From the NCBI GenBank assembly GCA_963840935.1, contig CAWJAS010000001.1, positions 384,875 through 448,874 on the forward strand: DNA of 64,000 nt, written 5' to 3'. Every line of letters begins with the position of its first letter. Within the stretch, counting starts at the first letter, position 1. A model generated the notes under the pieces. That model had not been told where the DNA came from, searched no databases, and was given only the letters and a program-made list of their open reading frames with translations. The stretch comes from Candidatus Magasanikiibacteriota bacterium (GTDB lineage: Bacteria; Patescibacteriota; Patescibacteriia; Magasanikbacterales; GWA2-37-8). The translations under genes were made by a program, and so were the position numbers. Positions 1-9,550 of the stretch are shown here, piece after piece.

Positions 1-393
1 ATTTTGGTTGTTATGGGTGTTTTTGCAATTTTGGGACATTTATACGGTACGGAAATTGACACGGCATTTGTTGTCGCCACCTTAACAATTTTGGGTTATT
101 CGGTAAACGACACCATTGTGGTTTATGACCGTATCCGAGAAAGATTGCTCAAAAGAACCGGAGAATCTTTTTCCGATTTGGTAAATATCGGATTGAATCA
201 AACACTATCCAGGTCATTAAATACCGTCTTGACTACCTTATTACCATTAATTGCCTTGTATTTCTTTGGCGGGGCAACAATACATAATTTTGCCTTGGCG
301 CTCATAATTGGTATTGTGAGCGGAGCTTATTCATCAATTTTTATTGCCGGCCCGCTCCTTGCTATGGTTGAAAGACTTCAAAAAAGAGCCTAG
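1..393 (+). CDS. secF: Protein translocase subunit SecF/SecD family, C-terminal part (5' end cut by window edge)
   Basis: ORF 4-393 is in frame from base 1; conserved SecD/SecF C-terminal membrane motifs (VNDTIVVYDRIRE, NQTLSRSLNT, IIGIVSGAYSSIFIAGP); hairpin plus T-run follows. Confidence 0.8.
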   Translation: MLVVMGVFAILGHLYGTEIDTAFVVATLTILGYSVNDTIVVYDRIRERLLKRTGESFSDLVNIGLNQTLSRSLNTVLTTLLPLIALYFFGGATIHNFALALIIGIVSGAYSSIFIAGPLLAMVERLQKRA

Positions 394-414
394 TTTATTG
401 TTATTAGGCAAAAA

Positions 415-447
415 ATCCGCTTTTTAAAGGCGGGTTTTTTGTTTTTT
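415..447 (+). terminator. Rho-independent terminator after secF
   Basis: CCGC(TTT)...(AAAG)GCGG stem followed by a T-run (tttttt gttttttt). Confidence 0.55.
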
Positions 448-490
448 TAATATATGGTATAATAAGTATAAGAAATATATATAAAATTTT

Positions 491-649
491 ATGTCTGACA
501 GTTCAACTCGTCATTTTGTGGCATTCATTATCACCTTGATTGCCTTATTAAGTTTTTTGGCCGGTTATTTTTCCGCCGGATTTAATTGGTGGTGGACTGC
601 TTTTGCGGTTTTAATTGTTTATGGCGGAGTATTTAATGCCCTAAAATAG
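491..649 (+). CDS. Small hydrophobic protein (52 aa, two predicted TM helices), not in ORF track
   Basis: ATG at 491, TAG at 647-649; translation MSDSSTRHFVAFIITLIALLSFLAGYFSAGFNWWWTAFAVLIVYGGVFNALK; fills the secF-to-next-gene gap. Confidence 0.3.
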   Translation: MSDSSTRHFVAFIITLIALLSFLAGYFSAGFNWWWTAFAVLIVYGGVFNALK

Positions 650-654
650 TTCTT

Positions 655-2037
655 ATGCAGCCGTTGCTGATTGACACCCCTTTTGGCATCACTATTGATT
701 TATCCTTTTGGCAGGATTTTATTTTGTTTTCGCCTTATGAAAAAATAATAGCGATTTTTGTGATTGTTTTGTGGTGGATATTAGTAATAGCACTTTTCAC
801 AAAAGCGCTATCCGAATGGCAGAGTGCAAAACAAAAAGAATACACCGATACTTGGAAATGGTCTGTTTTGGCGGTAGATGTTCCCGCACCGTTCATAGGT
901 TCGCCAAAATCAGTTGAACAAATATTTGTTCAACTGTCCGGTGCCCACGTTAATTATGGCGTTTATGAAAGATATTTTTTGGGAAAAGTTCCAAAATGGT
1001 TTAGTTTTGAAATCATTTCCATTGAAGGATATATCCAATTTTTAGTAAGAGTTGAGTCGGAACTTCGAGATTTGGTTGAGGCGGCCATTTACGCGCAATT
1101 TGCTGAAGCTGAAATTACCGAAGTTGAAGATTACACGGCCGGTGTTCCGGATGACATGGCAAAAAACGGATATGAAGCGCAAGGAATAGAATTTTCTTTG
1201 GCTGAAAACGAAGTATATCCGATCCGAACATATCCGGATTTTGAATACTCAATTAGCAAAGATATGGTTTTTACCGACCCGATGGGAGCGATATTGGAAA
1301 ATTTTACCCGAGTGGGGGCCGGTGAACATTTGTGGATGCAGTTAGTGATTGTGCCGGTGGATAACAGTTGGAAGCAGGCGGGTATAAGTTTGGTAAAAAA
1401 AATAATTGCCGGAAAAAAAGAAGCGCCAAAAAGCGGTTTGGCGAGCATGGTTGGTAACGCTCCGGAAGCCATATTAAAAACAGCCATTCAAGCCTGGACA
1501 TATAATTTTGAAACCGATGAAAAGGCAAAGAAAAAAGAAGAGACACCGGGTAAAATTTCTGATTTAACGCCCGGCACCAAAGCGGTGGTTGAATCAATTG
1601 AAGACAAGATTTCCAAAATTGGTTTCAAATCATTTTTGCGCGCGGTTTATGTTTCAAAAAAAGAAAATTTTCAACCTCACAAATGCACGCATGGTTTGAT
1701 TGGTTCAATGAATCAATTCTACATAAATAACCGTAATGGTTTTAAGGCCAAATTAACCTCAGGTGAAAGTATCGTCTCAGCATTCAAAAGCAGGCAATTA
1801 AAGAGTATGGATAAATCGTATGTTTTAAATATTGAAGAACTTGCCACTATTTGGCATTTCCCAATGCCGACCGTAAAAACTCCACTTTTGCAGAAAGCCG
1901 ATATTAAACACGGCGAACCGCCGATTAATTTACCGATGGAAAATTTTGAAGCCCCTTTGAGACGCATACCTGTTATTCAGGGTGCCAAACAAGAAGAGGT
2001 AAAATCCGTTGAAGATGAAGATTTGCCCTACGCTTAA
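655..2037 (+). CDS. Membrane-anchored protein, paralog of the N-terminal ~400 aa of the ATPase encoded at 6502-9042 (no ATPase domain)
   Basis: N-terminal TM helix; shared blocks with the 846-aa protein (FEIISIEGYIQFLVRVESELRDLVEAAIYAQF vs FEIVVKNGKISFYVAVPDKLKEFIEHQINAQY; ELATIWHFPMPTVKTP..PPINLPME vs ELASLWHLPLASTETP..PPLNMPTE). Confidence 0.6.
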   Translation: MQPLLIDTPFGITIDLSFWQDFILFSPYEKIIAIFVIVLWWILVIALFTKALSEWQSAKQKEYTDTWKWSVLAVDVPAPFIGSPKSVEQIFVQLSGAHVNYGVYERYFLGKVPKWFSFEIISIEGYIQFLVRVESELRDLVEAAIYAQFAEAEITEVEDYTAGVPDDMAKNGYEAQGIEFSLAENEVYPIRTYPDFEYSISKDMVFTDPMGAILENFTRVGAGEHLWMQLVIVPVDNSWKQAGISLVKKIIAGKKEAPKSGLASMVGNAPEAILKTAIQAWTYNFETDEKAKKKEETPGKISDLTPGTKAVVESIEDKISKIGFKSFLRAVYVSKKENFQPHKCTHGLIGSMNQFYINNRNGFKAKLTSGESIVSAFKSRQLKSMDKSYVLNIEELATIWHFPMPTVKTPLLQKADIKHGEPPINLPMENFEAPLRRIPVIQGAKQEEVKSVEDEDLPYA

Positions 2038-2043
2038 TTTTAT

Positions 2044-3000
2044 ATGCGCCTGGATTTTAATACTAATAAAAAATTACTCGCTCTCGCTCCAATGGCTGAT
2101 TATACGGATCAGCCATTTTCATTAATTTGCCGTGAAGCGAGCGGTAGTGATTTTGTAATATACAGAGAAATGATTAGCGCGGAGGCTGTTGTTAGAGGGA
2201 ATGAAAAAACGCTGGCAATGTGCAAAATTGCCAAAAAAGAAAGACCGGTTATTATCCAATTATTTGGTGATAAGCCAGAAGTTTTAGCCGAAGCCGTTTC
2301 TATAGTATATAAGGAATTTAAACCGGATGGCATAGACGTTAACATGGGTTGCCCTGTGCCCAAAATTGCTCAAAAAACGCACGCAGGAGCGGCTTTAATG
2401 CGTTATCCGGATTTAGCCGAGGATATTGTCAAAACAATCAAAAAACTCAATTTAAAAGTTCCTTTGTCAATCAAAACTCGCCTTGGCTGGAATGATAGCG
2501 ATGAAATTTTTGATTTTGCCAAGCGAATGGAAAATGCCGGAGTTGATTTTATCACTGTGCACGGGCGAACTAAAGCGCAGGGTTATTCTGGAAAAGCCGA
2601 TTGGAAAAAAATCGCCGAGCTTAAGAAAAAAATTAATTTACCGATAATTGCCAATGGCGATGTCTTAAACGCGATTGACGCAAAAAAATGTTTGGAAATT
2701 ACCGGAGCGGACGGACTGATGATCGGTCGTGGGGCTTTGGGCAATCCATGGGTATTTAAACAAATCGCGAATCCAAAATATATAATTTCAAAAAAAGAAT
2801 TCATTAAGATGATATTACGTCATGCCGATTTGCATTTGGAACGCTATGGCGAAAGGGGAATGGTTACATTCAGAAAACATTTGGTTTGGTATTTTCACGG
2901 TCAAAGAGCGTGTGAAATTGAAAACCTAAAAAAAATTCGCACCCAATTGGTGCGAATATCTTCAAAAGAAGAGCTTAACGCAATTTTATCATCAATTTAA
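2044..3000 (+). CDS. dus: tRNA-dihydrouridine synthase (Dus family)
   Basis: LAPMADYTDQPF, NMGCP catalytic-Cys region, HGRTKAQGYSGKADW, IIANGDV: canonical Dus/TIM-barrel motifs. Confidence 0.9.
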   Translation: MRLDFNTNKKLLALAPMADYTDQPFSLICREASGSDFVIYREMISAEAVVRGNEKTLAMCKIAKKERPVIIQLFGDKPEVLAEAVSIVYKEFKPDGIDVNMGCPVPKIAQKTHAGAALMRYPDLAEDIVKTIKKLNLKVPLSIKTRLGWNDSDEIFDFAKRMENAGVDFITVHGRTKAQGYSGKADWKKIAELKKKINLPIIANGDVLNAIDAKKCLEITGADGLMIGRGALGNPWVFKQIANPKYIISKKEFIKMILRHADLHLERYGERGMVTFRKHLVWYFHGQRACEIENLKKIRTQLVRISSKEELNAILSSI

Positions 3001-3673
3001 AGAATTCAAAAATATCTTTTGACGATAGTTTTGATAGGCCTTTTTTTCTATCCTCAAAAGTAACCGGAATCTCAATGATATTGTTTTTATTTTTTTGGAC
3101 TCGAAATAACATTTCTTCTTGAAAGGCGTAACCATTGCTTTTAATTTCATCCAGGTTTATATTTTTTAATACTGATGAACGGTAGCATCTGAAACCGGAG
3201 GTCACGTCTTTTGTTTTTAATTGCAAAATCAACCTCGCACAAAACATTGCGCCACGGCTGAATAAATGTCGTTTCCAATTCCATCCGATTATTTTTCCGC
3301 CCTTTATACGCCTGGAACCAATGGCTAAATCCGCTCCTTTTTGGCAAGCGAGCAATAAGCGAGTAATATCTTCCGGCACATGAGACAAGTCCGCGTCCAT
3401 CTCAAAGATATAATCGGCATTTAGCGATAAAGCTTTTTTAAATCCTTCAATATAGGCGGAACCAAGGCCGGATTTTTTTGGTCTTTGAATCAGAAAGATT
3501 TCAGGATACGATTGTTTCGCGGTATTTATTATTTGAGCTGTATTATCCGGTGAATTATCGTCGACAAATACAATAAAAAGATTCTCAATTTTTTGGCTGA
3601 AAATTCTTTGAATTAATTCTCCGATGTTTTCTTTTTCGTTGTATGTCGGAATGACTATCGCGATTTTCTGCAT
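2975..3673 (-). CDS. GT2 glycosyltransferase, polyprenol-phosphate mannose/glucose synthase (Dpm1-like)
   Basis: IAIVIPTYNEKENI, VDDNSPDNT, EMDADLSHVPEDI: GT2 DxD signature, Dpm1-like size (232 aa). Confidence 0.85.
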   Translation of the reverse strand: MQKIAIVIPTYNEKENIGELIQRIFSQKIENLFIVFVDDNSPDNTAQIINTAKQSYPEIFLIQRPKKSGLGSAYIEGFKKALSLNADYIFEMDADLSHVPEDITRLLLACQKGADLAIGSRRIKGGKIIGWNWKRHLFSRGAMFCARLILQLKTKDVTSGFRCYRSSVLKNINLDEIKSNGYAFQEEMLFRVQKNKNNIIEIPVTFEDRKKGLSKLSSKDIFEFFKLMIKLR

Positions 3674-3707
3674 ATGTTAATAGGATAACACGAAGATTAT
3701 ATCAAAA

Positions 3708-3741
3708 TCAAATTAAAAAAACCGATACTAATCGGTTTTTG
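3708..3741 (-). terminator. Terminator downstream of tRNA-Gln (minus-strand sense, bidirectional hairpin)
   Basis: ACCGAT-ACTA-ATCGGT hairpin flanked by an A-run and a T-run. Confidence 0.5.
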
Positions 3742-3763
3742 TTTATGCGTATCATCAGCAGGG

Positions 3764-3834
3764 CTCGGGGACCTGGATTCGAACCAAGATAAGCAGATTC
3801 AGAGTCTGCTGTCCTACCATTAGACGATCCCCGA
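3764..3834 (-). tRNA. tRNA-Gln (anticodon CTG)
   Basis: Manual fold of reverse complement: acceptor TCGGGGA/TCCCCGA, anticodon stem GCAGA/TCTGC with loop CTCTGAA, T-arm GGTTCGAATCC. Confidence 0.8.
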
Positions 3835-3861
3835 ACTCTGCTGAAGATAAAAATAATATTT

Positions 3862-4800
3862 TTATTGCCAGATAATGTCTCCGGTTGGCAATTGATCGAG
3901 CCAATCTTTTTGGACTATTTTTACATTTTTCCAAAGCCAGCCGTATTTTTTAAATAAGTCGGGATGAGTGATGTAATGTTTTGCCCCATCTTTTACCAGG
4001 TAAATTCTGTTACTGCCTTCGGCTTTGACTAAAATTTCTATGGTTGAGGTTGTTGTTGCCGGCTTGTTATCAACAAAATTAAGAGGAGTATCGCTTTTTA
4101 TTGCTATGCCGTTTTTTAAAGTATCAAGCAAAGTTTTGCTAACCGACCTAACATTACCCCATTGCCAACCAAATTTCTTAAACAAATCCGGGTGTGTAAT
4201 ATAATATTTTGTGTCGTTGTTCACAAAATAAATTCTGCTACCGCCTTCAACTTTAGCTAATAAATTTCGAATCGTAAAAATTGCTCTTGGCGGCCCATCC
4301 GCTTTGCTGTCCACGTGATTGAAATCATGCAAAGTGTTCATGATTGTATCATATTTGTAGCGAAAGTCAAGACCGTTTATATTACCGGAATCTTGCACGA
4401 TAAACTCGGATTTTTCATCATCAAAACCGCTCAAAACCAGCGTGTGGTATGATGACCCTTCGCGCCTAAAACGCAATGCCGGATTGTTTAAACCAAATCC
4501 ATAATGCATGGTAATCACCGGACGATTTTGCCTGATTTCTTCTTTTATTTGTTCAAGAGTGGGGTTGTCGACCACTGTTGCCTTGAAGGACATTTTTAAA
4601 TTCGCCAATCTGGCGGTTTGTTCAGCGTCAGTATCGGTATTTTTACCGAATAATTTATTTTCTAATTCAAATAAAGGCCAAATTAAATCGCGAGATTTTT
4701 GTGCCGAAATTGTTTTTACACCAAGATAATATTGATCAATCATGGTGATGGCTAGATTCTTCACAAGCATTATTCCATGGTGCCACCCACATTCCATCAA
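3862..4800 (-). CDS. Secreted C39-like (papain-fold) peptidase-domain protein with two C-terminal ~45-aa repeats; N-terminus displaced by a +1 frameshift
   Basis: ITMIDQYYLG following the Cys-containing WNNACEESS segment from the upstream frame resembles the Peptidase_C39_2 active-site region; C-terminal repeat YITHPDLFKK(F/Y)GW.W.NV occurs twice. Confidence 0.65.
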   Translation of the reverse strand: MMECGWHHGIMLVKNLAITMIDQYYLGVKTISAQKSRDLIWPLFELENKLFGKNTDTDAEQTARLANLKMSFKATVVDNPTLEQIKEEIRQNRPVITMHYGFGLNNPALRFRREGSSYHTLVLSGFDDEKSEFIVQDSGNINGLDFRYKYDTIMNTLHDFNHVDSKADGPPRAIFTIRNLLAKVEGGSRIYFVNNDTKYYITHPDLFKKFGWQWGNVRSVSKTLLDTLKNGIAIKSDTPLNFVDNKPATTTSTIEILVKAEGSNRIYLVKDGAKHYITHPDLFKKYGWLWKNVKIVQKDWLDQLPTGDIIWQ

Positions 4801-4910
4801 TTACTTCAGCAATAAAAGGCACCGGCAATTTTACTTTTTCCGTTTCTGCTCCGGCTGATAATGGAAAAAACAAAAAAATGAATATTGATAGTAAAAAAAT
4901 TTTTTTCATA
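4736..4910 (-). other. Out-of-frame N-terminal fragment (Sec signal peptide plus start of peptidase domain) of the 3862-4800 gene
   Basis: ATG at 4910-4908 gives MKKIFLLSIFIFLFFPLSAGAETEKVKLPVPFIAEVIDGMWVAPWNNACEESS then stops; skipping one base near 4750 joins it to ITMIDQYYLG of the main ORF. Confidence 0.55.
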
Positions 4911-4920
4911 TGTAATTTAT

Positions 4921-6456
4921 TTAAGCGACGACTTCTCCGCCAAATTGAGCCGCGAGTATTGTTAAATCACTGTCATTTTTTGCGTTTGATTCTGTGTTTT
5001 CATTTACAACGCATTTTAAAATCACTTTTACGCCAAGTAGTTCACCAAAAACTTCTTCAATTTTGATTTTACATTTAATATCCTCAATCTTTTCTTTATG
5101 AAAAGAGTAGGGGAGAGAAATGATAATTTCGTTATTATTAATTTCTTTTATCTCCGCCATTTTTAGCACAAAAATAAGCGATGGAAAAACGTCGGCAAGC
5201 CGAGTAATCATTTCCGGCCATTTTTCGCGGACGGTTTCTATTTTTAAATCGTTTGTGGATTGAGTGTTAGTTATTTCTTGTTTTTTTTCTTCCTTTACCT
5301 CAGTTTTTTTTGGCGGTTGTTTGTTTTCTTTTTCGTCGTCTTTATTATTGTTTTTTGGATTGTCATTCGTGATTTGTTCAGAAAATTGAACAGCCAATAA
5401 TTCAAGAGGTAATTGCGGTACGGGAGCCAATTTCATTTCCGATTTTCTTTCGATTGCCGAGCCGATAATTTTTATTAGTTTTTCATTGCCGAATTTAACA
5501 GCGAGTTCTTTAATGGATTTCCTGTCTTTTTCCGCGTATTCCGGACCGTACGAGGCATAACCGGATAAAGATATCATACCCGCTCGCAACACTTCAATTA
5601 TTTCCAAAGCGAATTGTTCCAGATTCGAACCGTTTTTGATTAAGTTATCAATCGTTAACAATGCGTCGTCGGTGTGGCCGTCGGCAATGGCTGATAAAAA
5701 ATTAAGCACTTCCTCGATATCGGAAGACGGCAAAATCAATTCCGCGTCGGCTGTTGTAATTTTTTTTAAATTAAGCGATAAAATTTGCCCGAGTAGGCTT
5801 TCGGCGTCGCGCATGCATCCGTCGCTTTTGATGATTATTTTTTTTAATACATCTTTTTCAACTTTTATATTTTCATTCTCGGCGATCGCTTCAAGTTTTT
5901 TTATCATTATATCTTCCGGAATTTTTTTGAAATTAAATCTTTGGCATCTGGAGATTATAGTCATCGGTAGTTTTCGAAGTTCGGTTGTGGCTAAAATAAA
6001 AACCACATGACTGGGCGGTTCCTCCAAGGTTTTTAAAAGCGCGTTGAAAGCGCTGGTTGAAAGCATGTGTACCTCGTCAATGATAAATACTTTGTATTTG
6101 GATTTTGTTGGTTTAAACTGCGCGTTGTCAATAATATTTTCACGAACATTATCAACACCGGTGTTTGAAGCGGCATCAATTTCAATCACGTCGATGTTGC
6201 GCGAAGAAGCGATTTCCGAACATGAAGAGCATTCGTTACATGGTTCAAAATCTCCGGGTTTTCTGTTTTGGCAATTGACCGCTTTGGCCAATAGACGCGC
6301 CATGGTTGTTTTGCCGGTGCCTCGAGGACCGGAAAACAAATAGGCATGAGCTATTTTTTCATCGCTTATTTCATTAACAAGCGTTTGAACCAAATGTTCT
6401 TGGCCGATAAGGTCGGAAAATTTTTGTGGACGGTATTTTCTGTATAGAGTTGACAT
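4921..6456 (-). CDS. dnaX: DNA polymerase III subunit gamma/tau
   Basis: YRKYRPQKFSDLIGQEH, GPRGTGKTT Walker A, CNECSSC zinc module, clamp-loader box. Confidence 0.95.
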   Translation of the reverse strand: MSTLYRKYRPQKFSDLIGQEHLVQTLVNEISDEKIAHAYLFSGPRGTGKTTMARLLAKAVNCQNRKPGDFEPCNECSSCSEIASSRNIDVIEIDAASNTGVDNVRENIIDNAQFKPTKSKYKVFIIDEVHMLSTSAFNALLKTLEEPPSHVVFILATTELRKLPMTIISRCQRFNFKKIPEDIMIKKLEAIAENENIKVEKDVLKKIIIKSDGCMRDAESLLGQILSLNLKKITTADAELILPSSDIEEVLNFLSAIADGHTDDALLTIDNLIKNGSNLEQFALEIIEVLRAGMISLSGYASYGPEYAEKDRKSIKELAVKFGNEKLIKIIGSAIERKSEMKLAPVPQLPLELLAVQFSEQITNDNPKNNNKDDEKENKQPPKKTEVKEEKKQEITNTQSTNDLKIETVREKWPEMITRLADVFPSLIFVLKMAEIKEINNNEIIISLPYSFHKEKIEDIKCKIKIEEVFGELLGVKVILKCVVNENTESNAKNDSDLTILAAQFGGEVVA

Positions 6457-6501
6457 AATATTCGATAATTTATTTTACCCTCCTAAAAAATCCTTGATTT
6501 T

Positions 6502-9042
6502 TTATAAACTTTGTTCGCTGATGGTGTTTTGAGGCATTATTGAACCGAGTTGGGAACGCTCCATAATTTCCGCTTCAACGATTTCACGCGGTCGGCCGTA
6601 TTTGAGTCGAGATAATTCTTTGATTGCTTCACCAAGTTCTTTATTGCCCGGAGTTGGCGGATAGGTGCTCATATTAAACGGTTTTGCCGCGGTGTTGTCA
6701 ATAAGCAATTTAATATAGGCCGTGTATTGCTCAACGTTAATCAAATCATATGATGAAAATACCGGGGCAAATTCCTTTTGCAGTACCTCGGCGTCTTCAA
6801 TACCGATACGGAAAGAAACTATAGTGCCGGCATTGCCGAGAACGGCATCTCGCACGGTTGTTTTGCCCTTGTTGTCTTCAAGTTGCTTCATGTATTGGTG
6901 GGCGATAATCAAATTGAGTTTGTATTTTCGGGCTTCAGAAAGAATAGTGGCGATTGAATCAGTAATAAAGTTTTGAAACTCATCAATGTATAAATAAAAA
7001 TCATGGCGTTGTTCTTCGGGCAAAGATGCGCGTTCAAGAGCGGCCATTTGCAGTTTTGAGACAATAATCATACCAAGCAAGTTGGCATTTATTTCGCCGA
7101 TCAAACCTTTTGATAAATTAACCAAAAGTATTTTCTTTTGGTCCATCACTTCGCGAAAATTAAAACCGGAGCGTGATTGGCCGATAATATTTCGAATCAT
7201 GGAATTTTCTGTGAATCGGCCGACTTTTGAAATCAAGTAGCCAAGCATTTCAGATTTATGAAAGTCAGAAGTTTTGGCCATTTCTTTTTCCCAAAAAGAC
7301 ATTACCACCGGGTCTTTTAATTTCTTTTTCCATGATTCCACAAAGGCATCGTCTGTGAACATTCGTGGAATTTCCGCCACCGTTCCCGGGGTTTCCATAT
7401 CAGACATTAAAGTGAGCATCACATTTCGCATGTTGTGTTCAAACATCGGGCCGATCATTGACGGGTCTGTCACCATTTTATAAAAAATAGAAATCATTTC
7501 TTGGCAGGCAAAATCTTTTTGTTCTTCAGTGTGCACTTCAAGCATGTTCATGCCAATCGGACGGTCTATATCTGCCGGGCTAAAATAAATTACATCTTCA
7601 GCACGTTCTTTGGGCACATGTTGAAGCACATAATCGGCAAAATCTCCATGCGGGTCAATAACACAGACTCCATCCCCGTTCAATATATCTTGAACGGCTA
7701 AATTTTGTATGAAGACGGATTTTCCACTGCCCGATTTACCGATAGTATAAAGATGACGGCGTCGGTCGGGTCGTTTCATTTTTACAATTGTTTCCTCGCC
7801 TCTGTAAACCGCCCGGCCTAGGGTGATGCCCTCAGTCGGCATATTGAGCGGTGGCGGGGCCTTGCGCGCCCCTAGCCAGTCGATATGAGGCGTTTCAGTG
7901 GAAGCAAGGGGCAAGTGCCACAGAGAAGCCAATTCACTGGTATTGGCTACCATATAACCCTTTTCACGCATTGAGCGATAAATGGAATCTCTGATTAGTT
8001 TGGCCGGTTTTGCCGGCACGGCCGCGCCAAAAGAATTGCCATAGCGATAAATGTTGTATTGGCTAAAGGCATTAATTAAGTTTTCCAAATTTAATTTGGC
8101 TTTTTCCGTGTTTGATGAAGAACTAATCAAACGCACGGTTAATTCCAGTCCGCCCTGGCTAATTTTTTCTTCCATGTTTTTGACCATTTCTTCTTCAAGC
8201 TGGGTTAATCTATACGGTTCTTCAGAGCCTTGCTTCATCGGATCTTTTTTGGTGGTTGAAAGAGCTTTGCCGATTTTACCAAGGGATTTGGAAAGGGAGC
8301 TTTTTGATACGACATTTTCAAATTTTTCACCTTTGCGGATCGCTCTAATCATTTGCACACCTTGACTGCGCCAAGCGGTGGTTGCCGGTCTGACCACGTA
8401 TTGAATTAAAGCGCCTTCTTCTTCAAGTAGTTTGCTAAGTGGATTCAATAGCGACGACAGGGGATCGGCATCAAGATTTTTGTATGTTTTTAGTGGGAAG
8501 GCGGATCTTTGTTTGAATTTTAAATACGCGCCGACAATATGACTATTGGGCTTAAAAATATTATAATCCGGCTCAATGGTAATTTGAGCGTGTGGGTATT
8601 GAGCGTTAATTTGATGCTCGATGAATTCTTTTAATTTGTCGGGAACCGCCACATAAAAAGATATTTTTCCGTTTTTGACCACTATTTCAAAAGCTAAATG
8701 ATCGTTTCTGCCCCGAAGCCAGGCCATAAAGCCTTTTTCCGGTCGGAGGCCGGCAATGGTGGCAAAAAGAGTTTCCGCAATGGCGATTTGTTCGCGGATT
8801 TGGCTCATGGAATCGGAAGCGCCGGTGGAATCCCCCTTGTCACCTCCGCGTTCTTTTGGCACCTTAATCAGCATGACTGTTTTTTGAAAGGCCTTGCCCG
8901 TTTTTGCCTTGGCTTTAAAAATCAGTCTGATAATTTTTATAAAAATTACAAACGCGAAAAAAGCCCCGATCGCGGCCGCGGCCATAAGAAATAAATCAGA
9001 ATTTAACAGTGAACTGTCGATTTGTAATATATTCGGCTCCAT
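6502..9042 (-). CDS. Membrane-anchored P-loop ATPase of the VirB4/VirD4/FtsK-HerA (DUF87-like) class
   Basis: N-terminal TM helices; Walker A TIGKSGSGKS; Walker B LYIDEFQNF (DEaw-like); RKYKLNLIIAHQYMKQL (ATQ-like motif); N-terminal domain paralogous to ORF 655-2037. Confidence 0.6.
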   Translation of the reverse strand: MEPNILQIDSSLLNSDLFLMAAAAIGAFFAFVIFIKIIRLIFKAKAKTGKAFQKTVMLIKVPKERGGDKGDSTGASDSMSQIREQIAIAETLFATIAGLRPEKGFMAWLRGRNDHLAFEIVVKNGKISFYVAVPDKLKEFIEHQINAQYPHAQITIEPDYNIFKPNSHIVGAYLKFKQRSAFPLKTYKNLDADPLSSLLNPLSKLLEEEGALIQYVVRPATTAWRSQGVQMIRAIRKGEKFENVVSKSSLSKSLGKIGKALSTTKKDPMKQGSEEPYRLTQLEEEMVKNMEEKISQGGLELTVRLISSSSNTEKAKLNLENLINAFSQYNIYRYGNSFGAAVPAKPAKLIRDSIYRSMREKGYMVANTSELASLWHLPLASTETPHIDWLGARKAPPPLNMPTEGITLGRAVYRGEETIVKMKRPDRRRHLYTIGKSGSGKSVFIQNLAVQDILNGDGVCVIDPHGDFADYVLQHVPKERAEDVIYFSPADIDRPIGMNMLEVHTEEQKDFACQEMISIFYKMVTDPSMIGPMFEHNMRNVMLTLMSDMETPGTVAEIPRMFTDDAFVESWKKKLKDPVVMSFWEKEMAKTSDFHKSEMLGYLISKVGRFTENSMIRNIIGQSRSGFNFREVMDQKKILLVNLSKGLIGEINANLLGMIIVSKLQMAALERASLPEEQRHDFYLYIDEFQNFITDSIATILSEARKYKLNLIIAHQYMKQLEDNKGKTTVRDAVLGNAGTIVSFRIGIEDAEVLQKEFAPVFSSYDLINVEQYTAYIKLLIDNTAAKPFNMSTYPPTPGNKELGEAIKELSRLKYGRPREIVEAEIMERSQLGSIMPQNTISEQSL

Positions 9043-9050
9043 TTAAAAAA

Positions 9051-9545
9051 TTATTTTTTTAAATTTATAATGTGATCGGTTTTTATTTTAGCCTCCTGTT
9101 CCAAAAAAAACCGATTGACGTTCGGAAGGAGAGAAAGCCATTCAAGAATCAGGCGAAATATATTTTTGATTTTTACTTTTGTCGCTTTGAGGAGTTCGCC
9201 TATCTTTGAAGCGGTTTGCTCGCCTTTTAATTTGAATTCTTGCTGAACAATCGGAGGAAGTTTTTTGTAATCTTCTTCAAGTCCTTCGGCTAGTATTTTT
9301 TCTATTTTAATGGTTATTTCATCACGGGGCATGACCGGCAAAGCCGATCTTTTTTTAATCTTTGGCAGGCTAATTTTTGTTTTTTCTTTTTGTTGTTGTT
9401 CTTTTTGGGTTTCAATATCACGGTCACTTGGCTCATTTTCTTTTGAAGATTCTAAATCAACATCTGTTTCAATATTAGCCGGTTTTAATAAATCGGCCTC
9501 AGGACCATGTTGAGAGGGTGTTTTTTCTGTGGCATTTTGGTTCAT
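9051..9545 (-). CDS. Hypothetical charged (Lys/Glu-rich) protein, likely co-transcribed with the flanking genes
   Basis: ORF only; 164 aa; 6-nt gaps to both neighbours on the same strand. Confidence 0.45.
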   Translation of the reverse strand: MNQNATEKTPSQHGPEADLLKPANIETDVDLESSKENEPSDRDIETQKEQQQKEKTKISLPKIKKRSALPVMPRDEITIKIEKILAEGLEEDYKKLPPIVQQEFKLKGEQTASKIGELLKATKVKIKNIFRLILEWLSLLPNVNRFFLEQEAKIKTDHIINLKK

Positions 9546-9550
9546 AACTT

